From positions 523 to 64,522 of the forward strand of contig JBAZWZ010000001.1 of NCBI GenBank assembly GCA_041660105.1: a stretch of DNA of 64,000 bases, read 5' to 3'. Every line of letters begins with the position of its first letter. The first letter of the stretch is position 1. This DNA is from Minisyncoccota bacterium. GTDB lineage: Bacteria; Patescibacteriota; Minisyncoccia; Phycocordibacterales; UBA1550. The position numbers and the translations under genes were made by a program. The notes beneath the pieces were generated by a model, which was not told the origin of the DNA, did no database searches, and saw only the letters and a program-made list of their open reading frames with translations. Below, one piece after another: positions 39,087-48,637 of this stretch.

Positions 39087-39332
39087 TTATTCGTTTTGTT
39101 TTTCTCGCCAGTCTTCATTCACGGTTGCCTCCGTGACACATCCGATGTTTGGATTATTCTTTGGATGAAACCCCATCTCTGCTTCAAACATCTTATCCGC
39201 TTCATCGATGGTCAGCGCCTTGCACTTGAAAACAGGTTCCCTGTCCCCCACCTCGTTGTGGTCAATGTAAATAAACTCGATAGGCTTCTCAGGAGTTGCA
39301 ATATTTTCAATTGCCTTAAAAAATTCTTCCAT
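39087..39332 (-). CDS. Hypothetical acidic small protein (81 aa)
   Basis: ORF, co-oriented, 5-nt gap to the upstream SPFH gene. Confidence 0.4.
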   Translation of the reverse strand: MEEFFKAIENIATPEKPIEFIYIDHNEVGDREPVFKCKALTIDEADKMFEAEMGFHPKNNPNIGCVTEATVNEDWREKQNE

Positions 39333-39336
39333 AGTT

Positions 39337-40098
39337 TTACTTCTGATTATCGCCTTGAATCATTTTGAACGCCTCTTGCACCGTAGACATAAACTGCGCG
39401 GGGAAAATGATGGTTGAGTTCTTTTCAGTGCTGATCTCTGCCATCGTCTGGAGCGTGCGGAGCTGGAGTGCAACAGGGTGCATAGTGATGATATCCGCTG
39501 CTTCGCCGAGCTTGACCGCTGCTTGGAACTCGCCCTCTGCTGCCACCACCTTTGCGCGACGCTCACGCTCTGCCTCGGCTTCCTTGGCCATTGCGCGTTG
39601 CATGTTCTCTGGGAGCATGATGTCCTTGATCTCCACCACGGTCACCTCGACACCCCAAGGCTCGGTGTGCGCATCGATAACGTCTTTAATCTTACTATTA
39701 ATATCCTGCGTCTGAGAAAGGAGCTCATCGAGCTTGAACTGTCCCACTACGTTACGCACCGTCGTTTGAGAAATCTGATTTACTGCCTTGTATACATCCT
39801 CAATAGAGATAACTGACTTCTGTGAATCCACCACGTGATAGTACGCAACTGCAGCAATGTCGATAGACACGTTGTCCTTGGTAATAATCTTCTGAGAAGG
39901 AATATCCATCGTCACGGTACGGAGAGTCACCTTGGTCATCTGCTCAAGAACAGGGATGAGAATAATGAGCCCCGGCCCACGCACACCCGTACACTTCCCG
40001 AGGAAGAAAATAACTCCACGGTCATACTCCTTCACGACACGAAGTGATGAAGCGAGAAGCGCAAACACAAGTGACCCAATTACAATAATGATATCCAT
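39337..40098 (-). CDS. SPFH/Band 7 (stomatin/prohibitin-like) domain protein
   Basis: 253 aa; N-terminal TM, SPFH core, C-terminal coiled-coil ([14 protein letters not shown]). Confidence 0.85.
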   Translation of the reverse strand: MDIIIVIGSLVFALLASSLRVVKEYDRGVIFFLGKCTGVRGPGLIILIPVLEQMTKVTLRTVTMDIPSQKIITKDNVSIDIAAVAYYHVVDSQKSVISIEDVYKAVNQISQTTVRNVVGQFKLDELLSQTQDINSKIKDVIDAHTEPWGVEVTVVEIKDIMLPENMQRAMAKEAEAERERRAKVVAAEGEFQAAVKLGEAADIITMHPVALQLRTLQTMAEISTEKNSTIIFPAQFMSTVQEAFKMIQGDNQK

Positions 40099-40167
40099 AA
40101 TGTTATTTGATTAGTTTGTATGGGAATATTGTAGCATAAAAAGATTAATCAATTATCCTTTTTAAAA

Positions 40168-40782
40168 CTATTTTTGTAATTCAATTTTAATAAATGCAAA
40201 CTGATCTCGAGGTGCCCCTCCAGTGCTTAAGTCCCATTTTATATTCCTAGGGAAATTTCCGTAATCAGTTTGAAACATATATGGGATATGAGACTTTTCT
40301 AAATCCTCCTTATTTATACTAATATCATACTGAAAATCGTTAATATCTGTAAAAGAATTTGGATAAACAGAATAACGAATTAAATCTCTCTGATGTCCTG
40401 GTTCTCCAGCTACAAAATAATGGAATCCTTTTCCTTTCGGTTTAAAATCGAGATATGTATTCCAATACCCCTCACCTGTTTTAATCGTTTTATTTCCAGT
40501 GTTTTTGATTGCAAAATTAACAGTTGCTACGTATTTTCCATTCTTGTCCGCGCGAAGAAGTATAGTATCTCGATAAAATCCATCCTGTTTTACGACAAGA
40601 CTAAGTTTTGGTGTTTTTAGTAAATCAGTAAACTGATTAAGAATTATTCCAAATAACGCAGCCACAAATACATCAGCCCAGAAATTTGGCCAGAACGCAC
40701 TCTGAAAATACTGTGATGCTTTGCAATTTATGAGCAACAAAAGACTCAATATTAATACAAAATATAACGTTGATTTCATCAC
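40168..40782 (-). CDS. Hypothetical membrane/secreted protein in an AT-rich island
   Basis: 204 aa; signal or TM anchor; local GC markedly lower than the flanks. Confidence 0.45.
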   Translation of the reverse strand: MMKSTLYFVLILSLLLLINCKASQYFQSAFWPNFWADVFVAALFGIILNQFTDLLKTPKLSLVVKQDGFYRDTILLRADKNGKYVATVNFAIKNTGNKTIKTGEGYWNTYLDFKPKGKGFHYFVAGEPGHQRDLIRYSVYPNSFTDINDFQYDISINKEDLEKSHIPYMFQTDYGNFPRNIKWDLSTGGAPRDQFAFIKIELQK

Positions 40783-41237
40783 TTATGCAAAATAATATAA
40801 TTTTTCAAAGCCTCAGCATCCTCACTTTCAAGAACAATAACACCGTCTGGTTTATGTTCTGTTTGATAACCTTGTTGTCGATTCTGAAATATCTGAATTT
40901 GAGCAGGTGAAGATGTCCATATTTCTACTGCTTCAATCCCAAAACGTCTCATAAGCCAGCCTGAGGTTACATTAACATTTTGTATAGTGTTATAGGGTAT
41001 TGTTTTCCGAGACTTACTAAGTATACCCTTATTGATTTCAATATTTTGTTCATTATAGATAAACGAGTAGTTGTTATAACTCGCCCTCGTAACAAAATAC
41101 GATACAATTATTACTATTGCTGGAAGAAACAACAAAAAATTTAACGGAAGGGTAACAACAAAAAGAATTACAAATAATGTATTTTGATACGAAAGAAGCT
41201 TCTCAGTTTCTTTGGTTGGTACGTTGGGTGAAATCAT
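40779..41237 (-). CDS. YdbS/YdbT-like bacterial PH-domain (bPH_2) membrane protein
   Basis: 152 aa; two N-terminal TM segments then WLMRRFGIEAVEIWTSSP, typical of PF03703; overlaps the downstream gene by 4 nt. Confidence 0.55.
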   Translation of the reverse strand: MISPNVPTKETEKLLSYQNTLFVILFVVTLPLNFLLFLPAIVIIVSYFVTRASYNNYSFIYNEQNIEINKGILSKSRKTIPYNTIQNVNVTSGWLMRRFGIEAVEIWTSSPAQIQIFQNRQQGYQTEHKPDGVIVLESEDAEALKNYIILHK

Positions 41238-41263
41238 GATTTAAGTATATACCAGATAATCAT

Positions 41264-41971
41264 TTATTTCATCGCCACCCTTGGTGCCTCCGTCGTCGTT
41301 GGGCGTATTACAATAAATCTCTGCTTCCATGATGCGAGGAAATCTTTGAGAGGGAGCGAGAGATTGCCACCCTCTTTTGATGCGGGGTCGTTATAATAAA
41401 CATTGTCACCATCGATGCCGTTGATCACCACAAGGTGGGGAATCTTACTCTTTGGGTCAAATTTGTAATGCACCGATGCCATCACGGGCCCGTCCATCAG
41501 AGAGACACTGAGCCATGCGAGCGCAATCTTTCTGCTTTCTTTTCCAAAATCAAAAGCCTGTCCGTCGAGACCATATTTCTGAGATACTTCAATAAGTCCA
41601 TCATATGTCCATCCTCCTGCCTTACTACTAAAAGCTCCTGCATCGAGACCTTCCCCAAGGAGTGTGTCCACGTCCACAGTCTTCGGCTTGTAATATTCAA
41701 TGAGCATCGCGAGGCTCGTGATGCCACAGCCGGCTGGCTTCCACTTTTTTGAGGTAATATCATCAAACTGAGAATAAAAAGGTACTACAGGAACTGACGA
41801 GGTTGCCATAGATACAGACTGAGCTGGCGCTACCACAGAAAAAGCCACAGTAGAGGTAGCCAAAGGAACAACAGGGCAAGCGGCGCCTGTCGAAGCGCTA
41901 AAGGTGAACCCTGGAAGACATCCGGGATTCAGCATAGCGGCTGCGTACGTCAACATAACTGTTGGCAACAT
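41264..41971 (-). CDS. Peptidase C39-like domain protein
   Basis: Candidate catalytic Cys in GCGITSLAMLIEYY and His in HLVVINGIDGDNVYYNDP, the papain-like C39_2 pattern; N-terminal signal. Confidence 0.6.
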   Translation of the reverse strand: MLPTVMLTYAAAMLNPGCLPGFTFSASTGAACPVVPLATSTVAFSVVAPAQSVSMATSSVPVVPFYSQFDDITSKKWKPAGCGITSLAMLIEYYKPKTVDVDTLLGEGLDAGAFSSKAGGWTYDGLIEVSQKYGLDGQAFDFGKESRKIALAWLSVSLMDGPVMASVHYKFDPKSKIPHLVVINGIDGDNVYYNDPASKEGGNLSLPLKDFLASWKQRFIVIRPTTTEAPRVAMK

Positions 41972-42038
41972 ATCTGTACATTATACACTATTTGGCCACA
42001 AACTACAACAAGGCGTCAATGATTTTGAGGTATTTTGG

Positions 42039-42911
42039 CTAGTCGCGCACAAGGACGGGCATCCCCAAAACTGCCCAATTATATAGCTTTTTTGCGTTTT
42101 CGGGGGACATATTCACGCACCCATGAGACCACTTTTTTCCAAAGTTGTCATGCCAGTATGCGCCGTGGATGACCGCCCCCTCGGCAGTGAAGTATAAGTT
42201 CCAAGGAACCCCAGGTAAATCGTATTCTTGCTCACTTACCCCGGGAATGGGCCCCTGCATATAGCGGCTTGGTGTTTTGTAATAGACGGCAAACTTGCCA
42301 CGAGGGGTCGGTGTGTCTATCAGTCCTGGCGAAACGGGCTCTTTCATAAAGAGTTGGTCACCGTCATAAGCATAAAGCATCTCTTCGGTGAGATTGACGG
42401 TGATGCGCTTGGTCGTCGACGCCCTATCTCCCACGGGGACGCGCATATCGCCAACATTGTCGAAAGCGCGAATTGCATCAGGGTTGACAGCGACATACCA
42501 GCCACTCGTGACGCGCTCGGGATAGCGGAGCTCTTGGTCTTGGATGACTTTGTACCACAGACTGCCGTCTTTTGCTTTGGTTGTTTTGCTTTGCACACGG
42601 AGGACGATGCCCGTGCGGAGCTTGGTCACCACAGGAAACTCTGTGCCTGCGCCCCCACGGATATTCACACAAACGCCCGTCGTATGATACGGGCCACAAC
42701 CGTCGGTGATTTCGATGTAGTGCGCGAGAGGAATAGGCGTCGGTGCAATGTTTGGGACGGTAGATGTCGCAACTTGCGAGGAGATGATTTGCGCAGATTG
42801 ATTGTTTTTTGTAGTTGTTTTGCTTTCGGAAAAGGCAAGAATGAGGAAGCCACCAAAAGCGATCACCGCAATCAAAACACCTAGAAATGGCTGCTCAATG
42901 TATTTCTTCAT
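42039..42911 (-). CDS. L,D-transpeptidase (YkuD) family protein
   Basis: Catalytic HGCVNM motif, YkuD domain, N-terminal TM, SH3-like middle region. Confidence 0.8.
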   Translation of the reverse strand: MKKYIEQPFLGVLIAVIAFGGFLILAFSESKTTTKNNQSAQIISSQVATSTVPNIAPTPIPLAHYIEITDGCGPYHTTGVCVNIRGGAGTEFPVVTKLRTGIVLRVQSKTTKAKDGSLWYKVIQDQELRYPERVTSGWYVAVNPDAIRAFDNVGDMRVPVGDRASTTKRITVNLTEEMLYAYDGDQLFMKEPVSPGLIDTPTPRGKFAVYYKTPSRYMQGPIPGVSEQEYDLPGVPWNLYFTAEGAVIHGAYWHDNFGKKWSHGCVNMSPENAKKLYNWAVLGMPVLVRD

Positions 42912-42995
42912 AGGAGTATCGTAGCACAGATTTTTGTTTCTGTGGCGGATGGGATTCGGGGGCGTTTGTTCGGCTGAACAAACGCCCCCGAATTT

Positions 42996-43232
42996 TTACT
43001 TCCTCCACCTTGGCGCACATCCAATCATCCATGTGTAAAATTTTGCCATAATAGGGTTCACGCCCTTTTTGCGCATTTCCTCATAGGAGCGCTTTTTAAA
43101 TTCATTCACATCACTACCTTCGTACGTGAGCTTCCCATCTTTAAAACAGTAGCTGCAATATTTATCCGACCCGCTTTCAACAGGGTCCTTCTCAAGTGGC
43201 ATCATACAACTTTCACAATATTTCGATTTCAT
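42996..43232 (-). CDS. Zinc-ribbon domain small protein
   Basis: 78 aa with CESC..CSYC and C-terminal Cys pairs. Confidence 0.5.
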   Translation of the reverse strand: MKSKYCESCMMPLEKDPVESGSDKYCSYCFKDGKLTYEGSDVNEFKKRSYEEMRKKGVNPIMAKFYTWMIGCAPRWRK

Positions 43233-43262
43233 ATTTTTTTGAGTTAGCTGTTAATATAGATA

Positions 43263-43766
43263 TTATAGCAAAGTTTTTGAGATAATTTCATCTGCAATTT
43301 CACTGGGCGTCTTGCCAGAAGTGTTTATAGTAATATCAGCAAATCGTTTGTACAAAAATTCTCGTTTTTCAAAAAGTTGCTGAAGCGTCGTTCCCTTCAA
43401 ACCAATAATGCCGCGCTCCTCAACGTCAATCCTTTTTTTGATCACATCAAGATCAGCATAAAGATACACGACGGTAGAATTATCCTTAAGAAGCGCCATC
43501 GCGTCCGGGGAGTACACCGCGCTTCCGCCGGTCGACACTACGGAACGCTGTATCGTATTTAATTTTTTTATTTCCGAGGATTCAATTTCCCTAAACTTTT
43601 CTTCGCCTATTTCATTGAGGATAATTTGAAGGGGGTTACCATACACTCTTTCAATGACTTTGTCTGTGTCGATACACGCCCATCCAAGTTTCTGCGCCAA
43701 AATACTACCGACCGTACTCTTGCCAGCTCCCGCCATCCCGATTAGGGTAATGTTTTGTTTCCCCAT
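43263..43766 (-). CDS. aroK: Shikimate kinase
   Basis: 167 aa; Walker A GMAGAGKST, the shikimate-kinase pattern ITLIGM..VGSILA..LGW..ID.D. Confidence 0.85.
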   Translation of the reverse strand: MGKQNITLIGMAGAGKSTVGSILAQKLGWACIDTDKVIERVYGNPLQIILNEIGEEKFREIESSEIKKLNTIQRSVVSTGGSAVYSPDAMALLKDNSTVVYLYADLDVIKKRIDVEERGIIGLKGTTLQQLFEKREFLYKRFADITINTSGKTPSEIADEIISKTLL

Positions 43767-43876
43767 ATTTTTCTATTCATCTTAGTTCACGCCTTGTTTC
43801 TCTTTTCGAGAAACAGCGACGCGAATTTCAGCTTTTTTGTATTTGACCGCTTTTGCTCGCAAAAAACTTAAATTCG

Positions 43877-43947
43877 GCTGCGAGACCTGGATTCGAACCA
43901 AGATAACCGCCTCCAGAGGGCGATGTCCTACCATTAGACGATCTCGC
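43877..43947 (-). tRNA. tRNA-Gln (anticodon CTG)
   Basis: Manual fold gives acceptor TGCGAGA / TCTCGCA (U1-A72 as in bacterial tRNA-Gln), D-stem GTCT/GGAC, anticodon stem TCGCC/GGCGG with loop CTCTGGA, T-arm CTTGG TTCGAAT CCAGG, discriminator G. Confidence 0.8.
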
Positions 43948-44078
43948 AATTCCACTGCTTTTGGCAATGTAGGGACACAATACCCCAAATTCACCAGTTT
44001 TTCAAGTTCACATAGGCGAGGCCTATGTATTTCTACTTGGGAGTACTTGGGAGTCGAACTCCCAAGTGAAGACAATCC

Positions 44079-44393
44079 TTACTCCGCCATCGAAATATCA
44101 AGCACCTCCTGCACGTTCCAACCGTTCTTTTTGAGCCCTACGAGGGGCGCAAACACGTGGTCTTGATCAAGTCCGTATACTTTGAAGGTTTGTTTGCTGC
44201 TGTTTACCACAACCACCATTTCAAAAGTGTGGTCATTGAGCTTCTTGAGTTTTACACTCTTCCCCTTCGCACGAGCGTTGGCAATAATAACACCAGGAGA
44301 AATCTCAACGCCAACTTTTTTATAAAGCCTGATTATCTCCATTGCACCCTCTATCACACTCGTATGTGGTCCTCGCTGATTGATGTGTACCAT
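44079..44393 (-). CDS. Hypothetical protein (104 aa), directly abutting the Cas4-like nuclease gene
   Basis: ORF starting 1 nt after the upstream gene's stop; no recognisable domain. Confidence 0.45.
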   Translation of the reverse strand: MVHINQRGPHTSVIEGAMEIIRLYKKVGVEISPGVIIANARAKGKSVKLKKLNDHTFEMVVVVNSSKQTFKVYGLDQDHVFAPLVGLKKNGWNVQEVLDISMAE

Positions 44394-45281
44394 TTATTTC
44401 TTTAAAACGTACATATCCTGACTGAAACCACCGACGCCGACAAACTCGACTGCGTCATCCTTCTTGAGGATATACTCGTACGGCATACAGTTTCTGCAAC
44501 CACCCTCTTTTGTCTCGTGATTGTACGCGCCTTCGGGGCAAACAAATGCCTTCTCGTGACCCTCTCTCTTCGCAACATCACGTGCCTCCTTCACCTTCAT
44601 TGCAACTTCTAGTACGGCTACACGCGCAGACTCAAGGTCGGTCAATTCCTTCTCTACCATCTTGTCACTCTCGAGATACCAGTAGCTCGCTTTGGTCACT
44701 TTGCGTTTCTTGTGAAGTGCATCACAGAGGAGAAGGTAAATAGGTAGCTGAAGCGAGCTCCCTGTCTCCTCTCGCTTGCCAGTCTTGAAGTCGATGATAT
44801 GAAGTGAGTCTGTCTCGGGCAAATATTCAATCCAGTCCACGAGTCCGTTCAAAATAATGTTGTGCTCTTCGCTAAGGAAAAAGTTGCAGGGCATCTTGTC
44901 TTGGGGAAGCTTGATGCATTTGTTTGGCAAGAAACGCGGGTCGCTGATAACTTTCTCAAGCATTACTTTTCCACGCTCCTTAAACTCTGCCTCTTCTTCA
45001 TCAGACAGAAAGCCCCCCTTCTTGCCCGTGACTTTCTTCCAACTTTTTTCAAAAAGTTCGAGGAGGTCTCTGTCCATTCGTTCATCCGAAGGAAACTCTG
45101 CGAGCCCTTCGAGGACCTCGTGCACGGCGATACCGAGCGACATATGTGGATTCACAATAGAAACTTTGTGTCCCGTCTTGGGGTCCTTGTACATATTGTG
45201 TAGGTAATACGAACGAGGACACCTGAGAAAGTCCCCCATCGAAGAATGCGACACCCACACTGCGGTATATTTATCTATCAT
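44394..45281 (-). CDS. Cas4-like PD-(D/E)xK nuclease with 4Fe-4S cluster cysteines (RecB-family, PDDEXK_1)
   Basis: 295 aa. N-terminal CPRSYYL, IIDFKTGK (D..K core), QLPIYLLL (QxxxY), C-terminal CPEGAYNHETKEGGCRNC (the Cx..CxxC of the Cas4/AddB Fe-S module). Confidence 0.65.
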   Translation of the reverse strand: MIDKYTAVWVSHSSMGDFLRCPRSYYLHNMYKDPKTGHKVSIVNPHMSLGIAVHEVLEGLAEFPSDERMDRDLLELFEKSWKKVTGKKGGFLSDEEEAEFKERGKVMLEKVISDPRFLPNKCIKLPQDKMPCNFFLSEEHNIILNGLVDWIEYLPETDSLHIIDFKTGKREETGSSLQLPIYLLLCDALHKKRKVTKASYWYLESDKMVEKELTDLESARVAVLEVAMKVKEARDVAKREGHEKAFVCPEGAYNHETKEGGCRNCMPYEYILKKDDAVEFVGVGGFSQDMYVLKK

Positions 45282-45286
45282 AATTA

Positions 45287-45838
45287 TTATTTTTGAAATA
45301 CTATTGGAATCTCAAGTGCATCATCATGCTCCGGAAGTCCTGAAGGATTATCTTTTTTCAAAATGAGCGAGCCGCGATTGCTATATGCCTTTTCATCTAC
45401 AGTAAACGTGAGTGTCGCTTCAAATGGCACAAACTCCGTGGTCATCCAGTCACCTTGAGCCTGTGCTATCCCCTGCGCAATAATGAGGCCATCCCAATTA
45501 ACGAGAGTAACGGGGAAGCTCGCTTCGAAAAACCAGTTGCCTCGAGCCTCGCCCGTGATAGCAAGCGGACTCTGGATTGATTGGTTTGGACGAGGACTGC
45601 TAATGCGGATGAGGTTTGCTTTCTCAATCTCGTTACCAATACCTTCAACAAACGTCTCACTGCCATAGCGACACTGACGAGGATAACTTTCCATGACGGG
45701 TGCGCCCGTTGCCACACATTCCTCGAAGGTTGTTACCGAGGACACTACTTCAATCTTGGGTGGATTTGGCAAGAGCCAGATAAAGGTCACAAGCACCGCA
45801 ATGAGAAAAAAATCAAAAATGTAGTTTGTCTTTGTCAT
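45287..45838 (-). CDS. Gmad2 immunoglobulin-like domain secreted protein
   Basis: 183 aa; signal anchor; ITGEARGNWFFEASFPVTL and the C-terminal pattern are typical of the Gmad2/GerMN-like family. Confidence 0.5.
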   Translation of the reverse strand: MTKTNYIFDFFLIAVLVTFIWLLPNPPKIEVVSSVTTFEECVATGAPVMESYPRQCRYGSETFVEGIGNEIEKANLIRISSPRPNQSIQSPLAITGEARGNWFFEASFPVTLVNWDGLIIAQGIAQAQGDWMTTEFVPFEATLTFTVDEKAYSNRGSLILKKDNPSGLPEHDDALEIPIVFQK

Positions 45839-45867
45839 ATTATTATTTTACACCAAAAATGTTTTTT

Positions 45868-47529
45868 CTACTTTAACAACTTTGAGCGCACAATCGCCGC
45901 TTTAACAAATGCGCTAAAAATTGGATGTGGAGTAAGCGGACGAGCCTCGAACTCTGGATGGAACTGTGTCCCAAGGAAGAATGGGTGCACACTCGTTGGG
46001 AGCTCAGCAATTTCCATCAAGGTGCCGTTTGGCGAGCGACCAGAGAATACGAGCCCCTCTGCCTCAATCATGTTGATGTATTCAGGATTCACTTCAAAGC
46101 GATGACGGTGACGCTCAATGATTTTATCTGTACCATACGCCTTCTGTGCGATAGTTCCCTTTTTAAGCACTGCAGGATACGCACCGAGACGCATACTGCC
46201 ACCGAGGTTGCCCTTCTCAATATTTTCTTTCTGTCCTTCCATAATATCGATGATGAGATGCTTTGACTTAGGATCAATCTCGCGTGATGTTGCATCTTTG
46301 TAGCCGAGAACATTACGTGCATACTCAATGACCGCAAGCTGCATACCATAACAAATACCAAAGTACGGAATCTTGTGCTCGCGTGCAAAACGAATCACGT
46401 TGAGTATCCCCTCGATACCGCGCGAACCGAACCCTCCCGGCACGAGAATGCCGTCAAAACCGACAAGCTCGGCGAGGGGCGCATTCTTGCCCTCAAAGGT
46501 GCTCGCCGTTAGCCACACAAGCTTTGCCTTCTTGCCTTGTGCTATTGCAGAATACTTGATTGCCTCAATAATAGAGAGGTACGAATCTGAAAGAACGAAA
46601 TCACCTGTATCAAAATATTTTCCTACGACTCCAATGCGGACTTCGTCTTTCACCTTTGTCGCCTTCTTTGCAAACGCTTCCCACTCTTTCCACTTTGCGC
46701 TCGTGCCACGACTCTTGAGCTTGAGACGCTTCAAAATCTTCTCCGCAAGTTTGTCCTTCTCAAAGTTCCCCGGGATATCATAGATGCTATCGACGTCAGG
46801 TGCAGAGATAACACTCTCAGGAATCACATTACAAAAGAGTGCGAGCTTTTCTTTGCGTTTTGCATCAAGCGCCACATCACTACGAGCAATAATGAAGTCT
46901 GGCTGAATCCCCGCGCTATTGAGTGCGCGAACAGCGTGTTGTGTCGGCTTGGTTTTCATCTCCCCCACCTTTGACGGTGTCGGCAAATAACTCACAATAG
47001 TAAAAAGCACATCGTCGGGATTTTTAATCTTGAGCATTCTCGCCGTCTCAAGAAAAAGAATGTTCTCGTATTCGCCGACGGTCCCACCAACTTCGATGAC
47101 CACAATTTCTGCGTTTGCCTTATCGCAGGCGCTGTTAATACGATCAATAACTTCATACGGAATATGTGGCACAACTTGCACGCACTTGCCCTTATATGCG
47201 AGTGCCCGCTCCTTTTGAATGACTGACTGATACACGCGCCCTGTCGTCATATAGTTGTCGCGAGTGAGCGAGGTACCAAGAAAACGCTCGTAGTTTCCCA
47301 TATCCTGATCTGTCTCATCGCCGTCCTTGGTCACAAACACCTCGCCGTGCTCTGTAGGATTCATCGTGCCCGCATCAACGTTTACATACGGATCAATCTT
47401 CATCGCCGTCACACGGAAGCCATGCGACTGTAGGAGCAAACCAATAGAGGATGTCGTCACCCCCTTGCCGACTCCAGAAATCACGCCTCCCACTACAAAA
47501 ATATACTTGCGTGTCTTTCCTTTTGTCAT
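45868..47529 (-). CDS. pyrG: CTP synthase
   Basis: 553 aa; synthetase domain plus class I GATase with GICYGMQ and catalytic His/Glu. Confidence 0.95.
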   Translation of the reverse strand: MTKGKTRKYIFVVGGVISGVGKGVTTSSIGLLLQSHGFRVTAMKIDPYVNVDAGTMNPTEHGEVFVTKDGDETDQDMGNYERFLGTSLTRDNYMTTGRVYQSVIQKERALAYKGKCVQVVPHIPYEVIDRINSACDKANAEIVVIEVGGTVGEYENILFLETARMLKIKNPDDVLFTIVSYLPTPSKVGEMKTKPTQHAVRALNSAGIQPDFIIARSDVALDAKRKEKLALFCNVIPESVISAPDVDSIYDIPGNFEKDKLAEKILKRLKLKSRGTSAKWKEWEAFAKKATKVKDEVRIGVVGKYFDTGDFVLSDSYLSIIEAIKYSAIAQGKKAKLVWLTASTFEGKNAPLAELVGFDGILVPGGFGSRGIEGILNVIRFAREHKIPYFGICYGMQLAVIEYARNVLGYKDATSREIDPKSKHLIIDIMEGQKENIEKGNLGGSMRLGAYPAVLKKGTIAQKAYGTDKIIERHRHRFEVNPEYINMIEAEGLVFSGRSPNGTLMEIAELPTSVHPFFLGTQFHPEFEARPLTPHPIFSAFVKAAIVRSKLLK

Positions 47530-47571
47530 AATTGATTTATTTTGATTGATCTTTAATTATTAATTGTTACT

Positions 47572-48498
47572 TTACCTCAAATATTTTCGCACTGCCAAAT
47601 AACTCGACACCGCACCAAGCGCAATACCCGAACAAACAATGATGAGGAAAATCTGTACGAAGTTTGCGACGAAGTAATGAAGCAAATCTACTCCGCCATA
47701 AAATACCTGGGTAGCGTTCTTGAGCCAGTAGGTAATCGGATAAAAAAGAATAAGCGTGAGAAATGCTGCGACTAGACCATAGAGAATCCCCTCAACAACA
47801 AAAGGCCCGCGAATATACCAGTTGCTTCCCCCTACGAGGCGCATCACATTGATCTCATCGCGCGCAATGAAAATAGCGAGGCGAATCGTGTTGAACGTAA
47901 TCAAAACAGAGATGGCGACCATAAGTGCGGTGATGATACTGCCGAGCTTCTTCACGCCGACAATGAGCTTTGTGAGACGGTCGATGGCGATTTTGTTGTC
48001 GTTGTAGTTGACCTTGCTTACGATGGAGAGCGAACCCCCCGCAGAAAGTTCTGATTTGTTGTCGAGGAATTTTGCAATACTTTCATATTGAGAAGGCTCC
48101 TTCGCTTTCACGGTGAGCGCTGCGGGAAGAGGGTTCTCCCCGATCTCATCGAGAGCCTGTGTGATGCGATGGTCGTCTTGATGACGTGTACGGAAATCAG
48201 CAAGTGCCTGCTCACGTGAAATATATGTCACTGATTTCACTTCAGGATTTTTTTCAATTTGCTCTTTGAGAGCTAGGATAGCAGATTCAGTCGCCGTAGC
48301 ATCCACATAAATGTTGATATCGATTTTGTCTTGAAGGTCACGGAGAGCGGTACCAAGAAATGCGGTCACAAGAAGCGTCGACGCAATCATAAAGAGTGCA
48401 ACGATCATCACAAAGACAGCAGAGAGCGAAACGCTGCCGTTTCGCCAAAAACTAATGAACCCTGCTTTGATAATTCGTTTGAGATTTGTCCAGAACAT
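47572..48498 (-). CDS. ftsX: Cell-division ABC transporter permease FtsX
   Basis: 308 aa; 4 TM with a large periplasmic loop; downstream of ftsE. Confidence 0.8.
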   Translation of the reverse strand: MFWTNLKRIIKAGFISFWRNGSVSLSAVFVMIVALFMIASTLLVTAFLGTALRDLQDKIDINIYVDATATESAILALKEQIEKNPEVKSVTYISREQALADFRTRHQDDHRITQALDEIGENPLPAALTVKAKEPSQYESIAKFLDNKSELSAGGSLSIVSKVNYNDNKIAIDRLTKLIVGVKKLGSIITALMVAISVLITFNTIRLAIFIARDEINVMRLVGGSNWYIRGPFVVEGILYGLVAAFLTLILFYPITYWLKNATQVFYGGVDLLHYFVANFVQIFLIIVCSGIALGAVSSYLAVRKYLR

Positions 48499-48637
48499 AG
48501 AAATTAGTCAGAAAGTCGAAAGTCCTAAAGTCGAAAGAGGGCTCACAAACTTTCATTCATTATACACAGTATTAACTCAGTAACAAAATTGAATTTCTTG
48601 AGTCCACTTTTGACCTTTGACTTTTAGACTTTAAGAC
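48499..48637. repeat. Inverted pair of GACTTT-octamer repeats in the ftsE-ftsX spacer
   Basis: agtcagaaagtcgaaagtcctaaagtcgaaag at 48505-48540, and ttttgacctttgacttttagactttaagactt at 48600-48640 in the opposite orientation. Confidence 0.6.

Noticed and set aside
44020-44068. Possible tRNA or tRNA 3' half next to tRNA-Gln (T-arm-like GGGAGTTCGACTCCC followed by ACTCCCA)
   Set aside because: It is a 9-bp-stem / 3-nt-loop hairpin preceded by a direct repeat of its 5' arm (cttgggagta cttgggagt). No D or anticodon arms are present, and no 5' acceptor partner lies within tRNA distance.
43782-44075. 97-aa minus-strand ORF
   Set aside because: It completely overlaps tRNA-Gln and the adjacent hairpin; a spurious reading frame.
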